Notes: generated from the sequence alone by a model not told the origin. Numbered from the stretch's first letter, positions 21,680 to 33,412 are shown. The stretch is 64,000 nt of DNA from an uncultured Planctomycetaceae bacterium (GCA_963813715.1 CAWFAK010000014.1:1-64000); one strand, 5' to 3'. Numbers and translations: made by a program.

Positions 21680-24600
21680 TCACGCCCGCCCATTGAGTGG
21701 TCTCCTCTTCGGGCGGGCATGGAACTGTTCGACGGGTCTCCCCCAATCGATGCGGGAGGTCGCGCCGTTGAGGCTCGGACCGCTGAGGGAAGCGACCCGC
21801 GCGACCGCTGGAGATGGCGGCGGACTCACAGGAGAGGCTATGCCAAACTTAGTGATCCCCTTGCTGACGGTGATGGTAATCGTGGCGGAGGCCATCAAGC
21901 CGTCGCCAAGGTCGGTATACGAGAGGACGACCGTGGCGGTCCCAATTTTCGCCGGGGTAAACGTGAGGCCGCTGAGTGCCGCATTGAGATTGGCCAGCGT
22001 GCCGTCGATCGTCATCGATGCCGAGTTATTGGTGCCGGACGTAAACGTGATTCCGGTGGTGCTACCCAATGCCAGCGTGCCACCGACGGCCGTCAGCGTC
22101 AGCGGTTCCACGGCGGTCCCGGCACTCACATCGGAGATGCTCACCGCGTTCTTGTTGGCAGTCGAGAAAGTCAGAGTTGACGTGACGACCACTGCCGCTG
22201 TCGACGGAGCCGTGATCGAGGGAGGGCTGTTGATGATGGTGAACGCGACATTCGCCGAGGCCGACAGGCCATCGACCGAGTCGAACTGGGAAATCGCCAG
22301 CGTAGCGGAACCTGTATAGCCGCTGGCGGGCTTATAGCTCAGTCCGCTCAAGGCCGCGTTCAGATTCGCCAATGTGCCGGTCACCGTCATCGACGACGTG
22401 CCGTTAGCGCCGGAACTGAAGGTCAAACCGGTTGCTGATCCGAGCGTGAGAGTCCCGTTGGAGACCAACAGCGTGAGGGAGTCGGACGAGCCGGAGGCGG
22501 CCGCATCCGTCAAGGCGATCGATCCGCCGGCGAACGTATAGGAACCATTCTCGCTCAGACTGGCGGCCGCCGGAGCCGCAATGCTCGGCGGAGCGTTCAC
22601 GGTAATCGCCACGGACGCGGACCCCAATTCGCCATCAGCCTGGTTCTGATCCGACAGGGTCAACACGTCGGCGCCGGTATACCCCGGCGTGGGGGTGTAG
22701 ACGAGGCTGCCGACGGCGCTGTTGACGTTCCCGATCTGTCCGGTGAGCACGACGAGCCCCGTGCCGTTGCCGGTGATCGTGACGCCGGCTGTTGCGGTGA
22801 GCGACAAGGTGCCGTGATTGGCCGAAAGGGTCAGTTGCTCAGCGGTGCCGCTAGGGTCGCTGACGCTCAGCTGCCGGGTGCCGGTGAACGCGAGCGTGCT
22901 GTTCTCGTTGACTGCTGCTGAGGCTGGGGCATTCACAGCCGGAGTCGGCAAGGTCACGACGGTCACGGTCCCACCGACAATCGTCCCCGCGACCTCCTCG
23001 CTGCCGACATACAAGTGCAGGCCGTTTAAATTCAGCGTGGCGCCCGGCTCGACCACCAGGTTGTACGCATAGACGGCCTCCGGCTGCGTGCTGTCGGAGT
23101 TTCGTGATTGATCGACGAGCTGGGTGTAACCGGCGACGCCGAAGTCGAGCGTTCCATCCGCGAAATTGTTGATGAAGCCCGCGGGCACGGCGCCCAGGTC
23201 GTTCGACATGGCCTCGAAGAGCTGCGGCGTCGAGGCAGTGCCTCCCGACACGGACAGCGTGCCGACGACTTGATACTGGCTGGCGTTGTGCGTGTTGCCG
23301 AGCAGGCTGCCGCTGAGATCGATCACTCCCCCCTGGGGAACGGAGAGGTATCCCGGGTCGTTGAGGTAGAAGGGAGTCGGCGTGCCATTGCCGAGCCCGG
23401 CCGGGAGGACGCCGACTCCGTCGGCGTAGAAACCGCCTGAGTCGATGGCCAAAAGCCGCGTGGTCCCGGAATACAGCTCGATCGCGTTCACGCTCGCCGG
23501 CAGCGAGTTGCGGTTGGCGGCACTGAAGTTGATCACGATCTGGCCTTGGGCATTCGCGATGGCAGAAAAGGATTCGGCGATCGCTTTGTATCTGGGCTCC
23601 TGCTGTTGCAAAGATGTCGAAGTTGGTGAGCACCTGCGTGCCGTTGATGCTCACGTTCATCAGTCTTTGACCGGCGGCGCTAGCTTGCAGCTCGGCAAAG
23701 TCGAGCCGCACGGTGTACGTGACGCCGGGGGTGAGGTTCGGGAGGGTGTAGGCGAAGGTCCCGACATTGGCCGTTTGGTAGACGGCTTGCGGTGCCGGAT
23801 TGGAGACGGCGCTCGTGTCGATCGGATTGGTGGTGGACTGGCTGGCGGCATTGCCGGAGAGGAGGCGGTCGGGCACGAAGGGGCCGACCGCGGCGGAGGC
23901 GCCGTTGCTGTCGACAACGATCGGCCCTCTCGTCGGTGATCGAGCTGGATGAGTTCGGGCCCTCAATCAGTCCGACGCTGCCGTGGACGGTAATTCCGGG
24001 ACCGATTGTGAGCGACTCGAGATTGTCGACGGTATAGAGATCGATGGAGCTTAGGGCATTTTGGCCGTTCTTGCCGAAAACAACGGTCCCCGTTCCGGAG
24101 AGGGTTTCGGTGTCGTTGAAGTCGAGAACGCCGTAGAACGAGCCCGCTGCGTCTCCGAGATAGGCCGTTCCGTTGAGCGTCAACCCGTCGAGGACGTTGG
24201 CGTATACTTCGGTGTTCACCCGCTGGCCGGTGAGGGTTCCCGTCAAATCGAGATTGCCGTCGACCGTCACGCCGTTGAGGGTCCCGCCCCAGCCCGTGAA
24301 GACCAGCTCCGCGCCCCCGGTCTCGGTCAACGTGCCGTTCTCGAGGATGCCCTCCTCAAGATTCCAGGAGCCGGTCGCCGCGTTCAGGGCGAGAGTCGTC
24401 CCAGTGTTGTCCAGTGTGCCGACCAGGTTGACGATATCCCCGGACTGACTGATCACTCCCATGCCGGCGAGCGTGAAGACGCCGCCCAGGTCGAGCGTGC
24501 TATTGGTGACAGTGATCGAGCCGGAGTTCGACCAGTTTGTGGTTGAGGTAAAGCTGGGATCTCCCAACGTGACGGTGCTGCCCGTTGCGGTGATTGAGCC

Positions 24601-27057
24601 GCCGGGTTCGTTCATTAACGCGCCACTGAGATTCAGCCTGGCTCCCGTAGCGCTGATGGTTGAACCGGCGGTGTTCGTACAGTTGTAGATGGTGAGGGTC
24701 TCGCCGGCCATCGCCTCGATCGTTCCCTCATTCGTGACGTCGCTGCCGACGGTTATCGTGTCGGGGCTGGGAGTGAGACCGGGGACCTCGGCAATGATTG
24801 TGCCCTGGTTGACGATCGAACTTGCCTGAATCGATCCGTCGCTTCCAAGCACAGCGATCCCGGGACCGATTGTCAGCGTGGTCGGGAACATCCACGACGT
24901 ATTGCCTGACAGCTCGTTCAAGACGTTGGTGCCGAAAACCACCGTGCCCGTACCCGAGAGGGTCTCGTTGTTGTTGAAAAAAAGCCGGCCGTAGGTCGTC
25001 CCGCTCGCGTTCCCCAAATCGGCTGTGCCGTTAAGCACCAGACCGTCAATGACGTCCGCGTCGGCGACATCCACGTCGGGTTGAGCGGCACTGGAGTCGC
25101 CCGTCAGGTCGAGGTTACCGTCGACGGTTACCCCGTCGAGCGTGCCTGACGTCGTAAACTCGAGCTCCGCGCCGCCGGTCTCGGTCAGCGTGCCGTTCTT
25201 GAGCGTCCCGCCGTCGAGAACCCAAGAGCCAGTTGCGGGGCTCAGGGCCAGCGTCGTTCCCGTGTTGTCGAGCATCCCGACCAGGTTGACGGTGTTCGCC
25301 GATTGGTTGAACGTCCCCATGCCGGGCAGGGTAAACAAACCGCCGAGGTTCAACGTGGAGCCGGTCACAGTGATCGTCCCGGAATTCGACCAGGGGTCGT
25401 AATATCCGGTCGGGTCTCCGAGACTGAGCGTCGCCCCGCTGGCGTTAATCGTCGCGCCGGCCGCGTTGGTCCAGGGCCCATTGATCGAGAGCGTTTCGCC
25501 GTTGCTGGCATCAAGCGTGCCGTCGTTGATGAAGATCGGGGGCTCGTTGTCCTGCACGATGCCGAACGTGATACCACCGGGGAGTGATCCCGCAGCGACG
25601 GTCTCCACTTGGGTATTTCCCGAGAGGACTTCGATCCCGTTGATTTGGGCTTCGTATTTGACCGATGCGAAGTTCAGTAGGATCTGGCCGTTGGCGTTGG
25701 CGACGGCCGTGAACTGTTGCGCGGTCGCTTTGTCGAGCCCGCCCGCTGCGGCGTACACGTCGTAGTTCGACAGCACCTGCGTCCCGTTGATGCTCACGTT
25801 GAACGCTTGCGTCCCGGCACCGATATTCCAGAGCGAGGCAAAGTCCAAGCGGACCGCGTAGCTGGCTCCGGGCGTCAACCCACTCAACGTGTAGCCGAAC
25901 CCCAGGCCATAGCGCATCGACTGATAAACCTGCTGCGGCGCAGGATTGGTGACTCCGCTGGTGTTGATGGCCGTCGCGAAGGTCGCCGTCGAGCCGGAGC
26001 TGTAGCCGGTGTCGTAGCCGAAGCTACCGGGTGCGACAGAGGCGTCGGCGGCGATCGTCCCCTGGTTGATGAAGGTGCCCGCATTGGTGAACGTGCCGAT
26101 GTTGTAACCTTGAAACGTGGCGGAATTGCCCCGAATCGTGATTCCGGGGCCAATCGTCACTGTCGATGAAGGACTGTCCAAATCGAAAGCGTTGGTTGCA
26201 GTTGGACCGTCTGGCGGCGAGTCATTCCCCAAGATGATCGTTCCCGTGCCGCCGAGCGTCTCGGTGTTGGTGAACCACAAGGTGCCAAAGGTCGTCCCAT
26301 TCGTATCTCCCAGCAGCATCGTGGCGTTGTTGAGTGTCAGTCCGTCTGCGATATCGATGCCGGCGTTCGACATGTCCAACAGGCCGCTTGCCGTCACTCC
26401 GTCGAGCGTTCCACCGGGGTAAGCCGATCCGACCAGGGCTGAACCCGGGGACATGTTGATCGTGGTATTGGCAATCGTGCCCCCTTCCAGCAGGACGTTG
26501 GCGGAGGCGTTGAGAGTTGCGGCACTCAGGCTGGCCGCGAGACCGACGCTGATTTGCGCATTTGTCGTGAGGCTGTCTATGGAGACATTTGCATACGCGA
26601 TTTGAATCGTCGTTGCGGTGGCCACATTGATGACGACGTCGTCGCCCGCGCCGGGCAGGGCATCCGTGCTCCAATTGGCCGCATCGGTCCAGTTCGTCGT
26701 GCCCGCGCCCCCCGTCCAGGTGACGGTCGTAGTCATCGGCGTCACGCTAGGGGCAATAAGTGGCGTCGCGCCGCCGGTCGGTGGGAGTGAAGGCGGCAGC
26801 GAGGATTGCGTCGTGTTCCCCCCAGGCGTGTTCCCCCCAGAAGACGGGCCGCTTGGCCGAAGAGTCGGACTGGCGGAGAGGGGACTCGCGGACAGCATCA
26901 GGCGGTCTTCGAGCGTCTCGGTCGAGACATGACAGCGCGACGGGAGCTGGACGAGCCGTGCCGCACGCGCATGCCGGCGCGACTTGTATCGCGGCCGTCG
27001 TCCCGGTTGCACTCGGATCAATCGTGCCCGAAACGATTGAAAGGCATTCGACAACAT
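21680..27057 (-). CDS. Large secreted adhesin-like protein: beta-helix repeats, two malectin-like domains, cadherin-like repeats (frameshifts near 23940 and 23590)
   Basis: Planctomycete N-terminal ETLEDRLMLS motif. APQxVYQ...LTPGxxYxVRLDFA...NVSINGTQVLxNxD occurs twice, followed by GTLANLNAALSGL repeats. Confidence 0.85.
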
Positions 27058-27405
27058 GCGGCGAACTCCCTTGCGCTAGGATCGCGGCAACCGCAACAGC
27101 CTGTCGGCATTTAACTCAAAGCGATAACAACCTCCCGCCGATGCTCCTGCTCACAACAGCTCGATCCAGCCGACGGGCAAGATCCCGGTTGGAAATCCCA
27201 GGCCCTGAGATGGACATACTATTACCGATGGCGTCATCGAACGCCAATAAAATCGCCGCCCCAGTGCCGCCAGGCGGTGCCGGCTGTTTTGCGCCGCGGT
27301 GCGGCGGAACGGAATAGGTGGAAACACGGGTCGCAAGCGCCAGCGTGCCCTGGGTGACCGTCAATATCAGCGAGTCCGTGTGGCTTCGGCCCCCCCAAGC
27401 CTCCG

Positions 27406-27506
27406 CTTCACGATGCGGCCGTCGCGTTATGCGTCGGGTTTCATGCACGGGATACACCAACCCGAAGCGTCACCGAGGGCTCCGAGATCCCACCGAATTC
27501 CCGGAC
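27406..27506 (+). repeat. Composite palindromic repeat, copy A (left part)
   Basis: cttcacgatgcggccgtcgcgtta...caccaacccgaagcgtcaccgagggctccgagatcccaccgaattcccggac. Confidence 0.9.
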
Positions 27507-27607
27507 GGCCCCGGGGAAAGAGCGATGAGCTTTCGTTGCGACACAAAGGATCGTGAAAACGGAAGTCATCCGGCTGGTTGAGCGAGCCTCAGTGGGTCGG
27601 AATCGTA

Positions 27608-29106
27608 TCAAGCTGTGCCGTTTTGCGATGCAGGCGGACGGTGACCTGTCCCGTCTCTGCCGGACTCGAGACTGACGTTCGCGTGGGGTGCAGGGAACAA
27701 GGCGGCGGTTGAGGCGTATGTCTCGTGCGACGCAGAGAACATTGCTGACGTGGGCTGTGCCGGCTCTGCGGCGCCCGGCACGGGCAAATTGTGGATGAGT
27801 GCGATGCCGCGCTCGTTCGTTTTGGCCGCGTATTCCTTGGAAAACCGCCGCCAATCGATGTCAGGCTTGCCTTTCCCCCCTCCGATTTGCGACCGCAGCA
27901 TTTTCATCGCATCGAAACCGGTCCCGACGATGTTCGAACCGCCCATGAAAAAAAACTGGTTTGGCCAGAACGAGACCGTCGCATCCGGGAGCGGACGGCC
28001 TGCATCGTCGATGACGGTCACCTCGCAATCGGCCGTGCGACGCATGGAGACGATCGGCCGAAGGACCGAACCTTCCAACCGATAGAGGTTTGGGTAGACA
28101 AAGGTCGAATTGGGACCAGTGTATTGGAGGTTCGAGAGGCCATATTTGGCGGCGTAAGCTTGGACCTCATTCGTGGTCGGAGAGTTGGAGACCCAGCCGT
28201 CGCAAAGCGCAATGAGCTGCAGGTCTTCATCGGGTGGCAGTGATTCGATCACAAACGTTCCGTCCGGTGCGATGTCCGCCGTCGCAGACCAGCGCCAGTT
28301 GGTCCAAGAATCCGATCCGTGGATGACTTGTGCCACGATCCGCCCCCGTTTTACCGGCCGCGGCACTTGCGGATCGAGCGATCCTTCGACGCGGACGCTT
28401 GGCTCCATCGCGAGATTCAGCCGCACCTGTTTGACTTTGAATCTGAGGTCCAGCAGGTTGCTGAACCAGGCAGGACCTTTTTCCGGAACATGAACGACTC
28501 GCAGCCATCGCGTGGCGTTGGCGCTGTTCATTTCGACGCGGCGGATCGTGAGCACTCCGTCCTTCTCGGACCAATCCGATCCCGTGTAGACCGATTGCGA
28601 CACGACGGGAACCAAAGATTGAAGCATGCCCGACTCGTTCCGCCGATGGGCGCGAATTTCGACCGTCGCCGAGTCCGAGAGCATGACCCGGTGTTCCCCA
28701 CCGATGTTGACATAGTCCGACCACATGGGATGGTCGGGGTGGTCAACGCGAAGGGCCATGGAACGGAGCCCCTTTTGGCAGCTGTGAGCAATCGCTCGAC
28801 CTCGGGATTCTTTCTGTCGGTCGGGAAGATCACGCGGGCTATGCCCTGGGCATCGGTGACGATCGGTGCAAACAGGTTTTCGGGTAGCCCGAAGCTCCCT
28901 GAACCGACGCCGACTGCCCAAGGGACAATGCGTGCCCCGGCAACTGGCTTCTGGCCTGTCGTCACGACGTGAAACGTCAGCTCGTACGGCTTTTCTTTTG
29001 ATTTGTCAGGCGGCTTCGATTCCGGTTTGTGATCCGCGGCGGCAATTGCCGTCACGCTCAAGAGGACCAATAAAGCCCATCGCGATTCGACCTGTGGCGT
29101 TTTCAT
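27608..29106 (-). CDS. Secreted protein with carboxypeptidase-regulatory-like beta domains (frameshift near 28770)
   Basis: Signal peptide, GQKPVAGARI, TDAQGIA, DGTFVIESLPP and VIDDAGRPLPDATV. Confidence 0.7.
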
Positions 29107-29269
29107 TGGGCAATAGCCTTTAACGACCCCTCAGAATCCGGCGAGTCAGCAGTGAAGATGCACCGCGGCGGAGAAATTGTCTAGGTCGGACATCCCCGCT
29201 CTTGCGACCCTCGGTTCATCGAGGCGCAGGCATCACCGAGATCCGCGGTTCGAACGCTTGCGCGTCGGT

Positions 29270-29393
29270 CACACCAACCCGAAGCGTGAGCGAGGGCTCA
29301 GCAGATCCCACCGAATTCCCGGACAGTCCCACGACGCTCGTGTGAGCATGCGAACCGTAGCGAGACATGCCCACGCCGAGCCGTCGGGCATGC
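29270..29393 (+). repeat. Composite palindromic repeat, copy B
   Basis: caccaacccgaagcgtgagcgagggctc...ccgaattcccggacagtcc...gagcatgcgaac...acatgcccacgccgagccgtcgggcatgc. Confidence 0.92.
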
Positions 29394-29412
29394 TGCCGCG
29401 CAAGCGCCTCTA

Positions 29413-29538
29413 AGCCCTCGAAGAGGGCGCAGAGAATAGCCCAGGGCTTTTAGCCCTGGGTCGCGTTTCACAAGAGACGCAGAAGCCGTGAGGGGCCACA
29501 GAGATTCGTTGCGGGTCTCTGTCGACCCTCGCGGGGCT
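29413..29538. repeat. REP-like palindromes
   Basis: agccctcgaagagggc, cccagggcttttagccctggg, and the imperfect inverted repeat agccgtgaggggccacagaga...tctctgtcgaccctcgcggggct. Confidence 0.7.
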
Positions 29539-29876
29539 CACGGGGAATGAGCGCGGGCATCGTCCCCCGGGCTTTTGAGTCGCTTTTGAATATCGGCCAA
29601 GTCGGCTTCTCGTTCTTTGATTCTTTCCTCGATGAGTGCCGTTTTGGGTGTCGCCGCCCGGTCCTTCTTCAGTTGCTCAATCAGAATCGCCTCTCGCCCC
29701 TTCAGGAATTTGGCATCGCTGACAATGGATTCGTGGGTTGCGGTCAGCTTTTCGGCTTCTTCTTGGTCACGACGGATGACGTGGTATCGGGCCAGCGAAC
29801 CCCCTACGGCAAAGCAGATAGCAAAGAGAAGCACGACAGGGAAAGCAGAACCAATCGCGGAGATGAGTTTTTGCAT
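29538..29876 (-). CDS. Hypothetical single-TM coiled-coil protein
   Basis: N-terminal TM, charged helical C-terminus, AAAGGA RBS. Confidence 0.6.
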   Translation of the reverse strand: MQKLISAIGSAFPVVLLFAICFAVGGSLARYHVIRRDQEEAEKLTATHESIVSDAKFLKGREAILIEQLKKDRAATPKTALIEERIKEREADLADIQKRLKSPGDDARAHSP

Positions 29877-30013
29877 GGGTGTTCCTTTGCACCACTTTTA
29901 TGCCAATGTTTTGGCACTATGATCCAACGCTGCGCCCCATGAGTTACGTTGGGAGGGGGCGGCGATCACGGCACGCGCACGATGGGTCAACTTTCCGAGA
30001 ATCGCGCATGTGG

Positions 30014-30479
30014 TCACGTTCTTTCGATGGCAGGGGACGATCCAGCATCGCGGGCACAGGCGGCGAGCCGCTCCAAGTCGCCGACGAGCGCGGGCCATTT
30101 GGCCCGGCCGAAGCGCTCGATGATCGCCGTCTGCGTTCGTACCCAGACGGGATCGGCGGCCTCCAGAACCTGGAGCCCTTTGCGAGTGAGTTCGGCGGCC
30201 CGTGAGCGCCCGTCGGCGCCGGCGGAGATATTCAGCCAGCCGTCGCGCTTGCATGGGAGTCACAGCCCGGTACAGCGATGTGCGGTCCATGCACAGATCC
30301 TCGGCCACGCGCAAGAGTGGCTCTCCCGGGTGTCGCTGGACGGCACGGAGGAGCGCGAGCTGCTTGATGTTCAGTCCCGCGGGTTCGAGGGCTGCGTCAA
30401 ACGCCCGGGCCAAGACCCGCAAGGCGCGGCGAACCGTGGTACAGGCGCAAGGTCGAGGCACGCTGGTTGATTTTGGCAT
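30014..30479 (-). CDS. MarR-family regulator (frameshift near 30245)
   Basis: CACTTVRRALRVLARAFDAALEPAGL, MDRTSLYR, DGRSR..LTRKG. Confidence 0.85.
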
Positions 30480-30620
30480 AGGGATCGTGAATTCGGCTGG
30501 GCTTGAAATTGATGTGTATACATCATAATCGGACCGGGGTGTTACCGTCAAGGGAGTCGCCGGCTGCGGTAAGGGAGTGGGTCGCTTTTGCGAGTTGCGA
30601 CGCCGAGGCGTTGGTACGAC

Positions 30621-30701
30621 CCCGGACAGTCTCGGGACGTTCGCGCGAGCATGCGAACCGTTAGCAGGACATGCCCACGCCGAGCCGGGGAGCGTGCCAC
30701 C
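30621..30701 (+). repeat. Composite palindromic repeat, copy C (right part)
   Basis: cccggacagtctcgggacgttcgcgcgagcatgcgaac...acatgcccacgccgagccg. Confidence 0.9.
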
Positions 30702-30747
30702 CCGCCGCGAGGTTCACCCTGTCAACCCTGCTCTGGCGCAGTTCGCG

Positions 30748-31060
30748 CTACTTGTTCACCGGCTTCAGAATGCTGTTGGGGCCGGGCGAGGGGGGTGGCG
30801 CGTTGTTTTGCGTCACAAGATTGAAGTGCCAGTCGGTGCGGCCGGGCTCCGTCAGTTCGACTTTGAACTGCGGGTCCCTCTCGTTGCGATCGGGGTCGTT
30901 GAACCGGTTCTTGAACAAGTCGTCGCCCCGCCTCCCCAACTAGTCGGCATGTCGAGAAACAGGGCGATGTAAAAGCCGGGCGGAATCCCGTCGCCGCGAT
31001 TGTAGGTGCTGAATTCGAAGGAGCCATCGTTCGGCTCAGGCATGCAGTCGGCGAACAACA
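30748..31060 (-). pseudogene. C-terminal remnant of a planctomycete lipoprotein-like gene
   Basis: DGSFEFSTYNRGDGIPPGFY...DDLFKNRFNDP...F.L split over two frames, with no coherent N-terminus. Confidence 0.5.
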
Positions 31061-31553
31061 GCGGATGGCCCGCGCTCGATCAACCCGTTCGTGAATGTCG
31101 ATTACCCGACTTGCATGCCGGGGCTGATTTGCATCTTCCCGAAATACTTCGCAGGCTCGAGCGATTACACGGCGGTCAACCGTTATCGCGGCGGACTCAG
31201 GGTGAAGCCCCTTCGCCGATTCATACGGATCCCTCTGCGGCGCACGCAAAAAGACGAAACGTCAGATGGTCAAAAGAGGAGGACGACGACTTCGGAGAAA
31301 CCGAAGCGCAGATCCCAGATTTGAGGCAGATCCCAGATTTGAGACTGAGATGGTCAGGTCAGAACGCATGCCGGCCCAACGTATGCGCGACCTGTTGGAA
31401 ATTCACAGCGCAATACCGCCTATCGAAGAGCGTCCGCTCGCAACATTTTCGCGATTTTCCGCTCGTCGTGAAAGGCAAAGCCTCAAGGGCGGCCTTTTAT
31501 TCGCCTGCGGCATGGTACAATGTGTAAACACATTCTTTTTTGGGGAATCGCAA

Positions 31554-31772
31554 ATGACACCGGAAGAACAGGCCCAACTTGGGCTAAATGGATTTTTTGC
31601 TTACAAGGGGTTTAGCGTCAGGCCGGGGCCAGCAACGATGAAGCGTATCGGAAACAAGAGCCGGCCGACGATCCAATACTGGACAGCCCGTCCTGACAGG
31701 GGAACCCAAGCGACAGATGCGGGAACAGTCGGGGCCATTAAGGCCTGGATTGACAAACAGACAAAGAAATAA
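31554..31772 (+). CDS. Small basic hypothetical protein (72 aa)
   Basis: TGGTACAAT extended -10-like box at 31513, GGGGA RBS and a downstream hairpin. Confidence 0.55.
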   Translation: MTPEEQAQLGLNGFFAYKGFSVRPGPATMKRIGNKSRPTIQYWTARPDRGTQATDAGTVGAIKAWIDKQTKK

Positions 31773-31806
31773 CACAGGCAAGAAATAACACAGACAAAGA
31801 AATAAC
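31757..31806 (+). repeat. Three 16-17 bp tandem repeats (ACAGACAAAGAAATAAC)
   Basis: Read directly; the repeats span the stop codon of the 31554 ORF. Confidence 0.85.
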
Positions 31807-31830
31807 AGCCCCAACAATGGGGCTATTTTC
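31807..31830 (+). terminator. Putative intrinsic terminator
   Basis: agcccca-acaa-tggggct followed by attttc. Confidence 0.5.
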
Positions 31831-31838
31831 ATTGATAC

Positions 31839-31872
31839 GGCTCGGCTCGGCTCGGCTCGGTTCGGCTCGGCT
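31839..31872 (+). repeat. (GGCTC)n pentamer microsatellite, about 7 units
   Basis: Read directly. Confidence 0.85.
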
Positions 31873-31904
31873 GCGAGACTTTCCCTCGGTCCCAAGCTCC
31901 GCTT

Positions 31905-33090
31905 GAGGGTGTCCGGGAATTCAGAGGGCATCGGTGAGCCAACGAAGTCGTCCGTTGTTGTTTCCGCAGCGGTGGTTGTAGCGCACAAGCAATTGATACA
32001 CGAAGATGGCGGCAAGGATCTGAGTTTGGTTGTTGACGAGTCCGCGATGCCACGCACGCGTGTCCAGTTCGAAGAGTGACTTCAACCAGCTGTTGAAGGG
32101 CTCGACCGTGCGGCTGCGCCGTCGATAGAGGCGTCGCCCGGCGGCGCTCTCGAAGTACTTCTTTCTGGCTCGTCGCAGCTCGCGGCTGTGGGCCCGCGCC
32201 GCGTCGGCCCCGCAGCGCTTGGTCTTTTTGCGAGGGTAGCGGGGATTTTCGGGACACAAGAAGCGACGCCCTGTCCGCCGCCCTGCCTGATCAAATTCGA
32301 TGCGCTCACCGAGGTAACCTGCGTCGTAGGCGCTATCCACTGAGACGCATTTCACTTCACGCGGTAAATGGTCAATTTTTTCCGCGAACGTTCGCACCTC
32401 CGCGGCGCTCCCGGTTCCCACCGAAGCCAGCAGCGGAAACACCGTGTTTTTCCGCTTGCAAGAGACCACCACCTCGAAGCTGTAGCCGTAGACCCAGCCG
32501 TGATGTTCGGAGTAGCCCCACGCCGCCTCGCGATCCACACCCCGGGGAATCTTCCCCTTTTCCTTTTCGTGCTTGTGCCACGGACGACCTCGGGCGGGAA
32601 CCAGGCTCTTGTCCACCGCGACCTGGCTGGCGTCGACGATCTGCTCCGCGATCGCTTGCTGCCCTTGCCGCTTGATGGCCTCCGTAAAGAGCCGATGACA
32701 GCGTCGATACCGACTGAAAAACGTGCTTCGCGAGGGAAACTGCTTTTCTCCGGTGAGGTCTCGAATCTGGCGCCGGTTCGCGCTGTCGGTTACGAAACGA
32801 AATTGGGCGGACTTGGTCTTCTTTCGTTTCAGCACAGCCACCATAATCAACACTCCGACGAACCAGTCCGGAATGATCGGCTTTGCTCCCGGCCCTGTTC
32901 TCGGACATTGCCGCTCGGCTTCCCTCAAAAGCGGCATCGCCAGCTTGACCAACGCTTCCAACGACGTGCCGGCCTTGGCACGAGTTCCCATCCTTGGGCC
33001 CTCCTGCGGCGTTTAGTTTCTTCTTGGCAGAAAAAACATAAACGCCCGGAGGCCCTTGGGTTTAGCTCAATTCAATTCCCGGACACCCTC
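31905..33090 (-). mobile_element. Intact IS, 1186 bp, with perfect 17-bp TIRs and flanking direct repeat AAGCTCCGCTT
   Basis: gagggtgtccgggaatt at 31905-31921 and aattcccggacaccctc at 33074-33090. Direct repeats at 31894-31904 and 33091-33101. Confidence 0.93.
31921..32991 (-). CDS. DDE transposase (IS4/IS5/IS1182-like, DDE_Tnp_1)
   Basis: AVDKS, DREAAWG...YGY, DSAYD and YRRRSRTVEPFNSWLK motifs; intact 356 aa. Confidence 0.9.
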   Translation of the reverse strand: MGTRAKAGTSLEALVKLAMPLLREAERQCPRTGPGAKPIIPDWFVGVLIMVAVLKRKKTKSAQFRFVTDSANRRQIRDLTGEKQFPSRSTFFSRYRRCHRLFTEAIKRQGQQAIAEQIVDASQVAVDKSLVPARGRPWHKHEKEKGKIPRGVDREAAWGYSEHHGWVYGYSFEVVVSCKRKNTVFPLLASVGTGSAAEVRTFAEKIDHLPREVKCVSVDSAYDAGYLGERIEFDQAGRRTGRRFLCPENPRYPRKKTKRCGADAARAHSRELRRARKKYFESAAGRRLYRRRSRTVEPFNSWLKSLFELDTRAWHRGLVNNQTQILAAIFVYQLLVRYNHRCGNNNGRLRWLTDAL

Positions 33091-33211
33091 AAGCTCCGCT
33101 TGGGACCGCACTTCCTCGAAGCTCCGCTTCGTTCCTGCGAGTCAATCCGCTGCGTCCGTTCCCGGATTCGGCGGAAACTGATCTTGGACGAATCTCATTT
33201 TTCTGGCTCAA

Positions 33212-33380
33212 CTTCACGACGCGGCCGTCGCGTTAGGCGTCGGGTTCCTGCACGCGACCCACCAACCCGAAGCATGAGCGAGGGCTCCGAGACCCCACCG
33301 AATTCCCGGACAGTCTCACGACGTTCGCGCGAGCATGCGGACTGTACCAAGATATGCCCACGCCGAGCCGTGAGGCATGC
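33212..33380 (+). repeat. Composite palindromic repeat, copy D (full length)
   Basis: All modules present. Confidence 0.92.
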
Positions 33381-33412
33381 AACGCCGCCTTAGCGGACCC
33401 TGCTGAGCGTCA

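Noticed and set aside
33205..33238. Integron attC site (GCTCAAC...GTTAGGC in copy D)
   Set aside because: The boxes are only ~20 bp apart and are not conserved in other copies, and the nearby integrase shows no IntI-like features.
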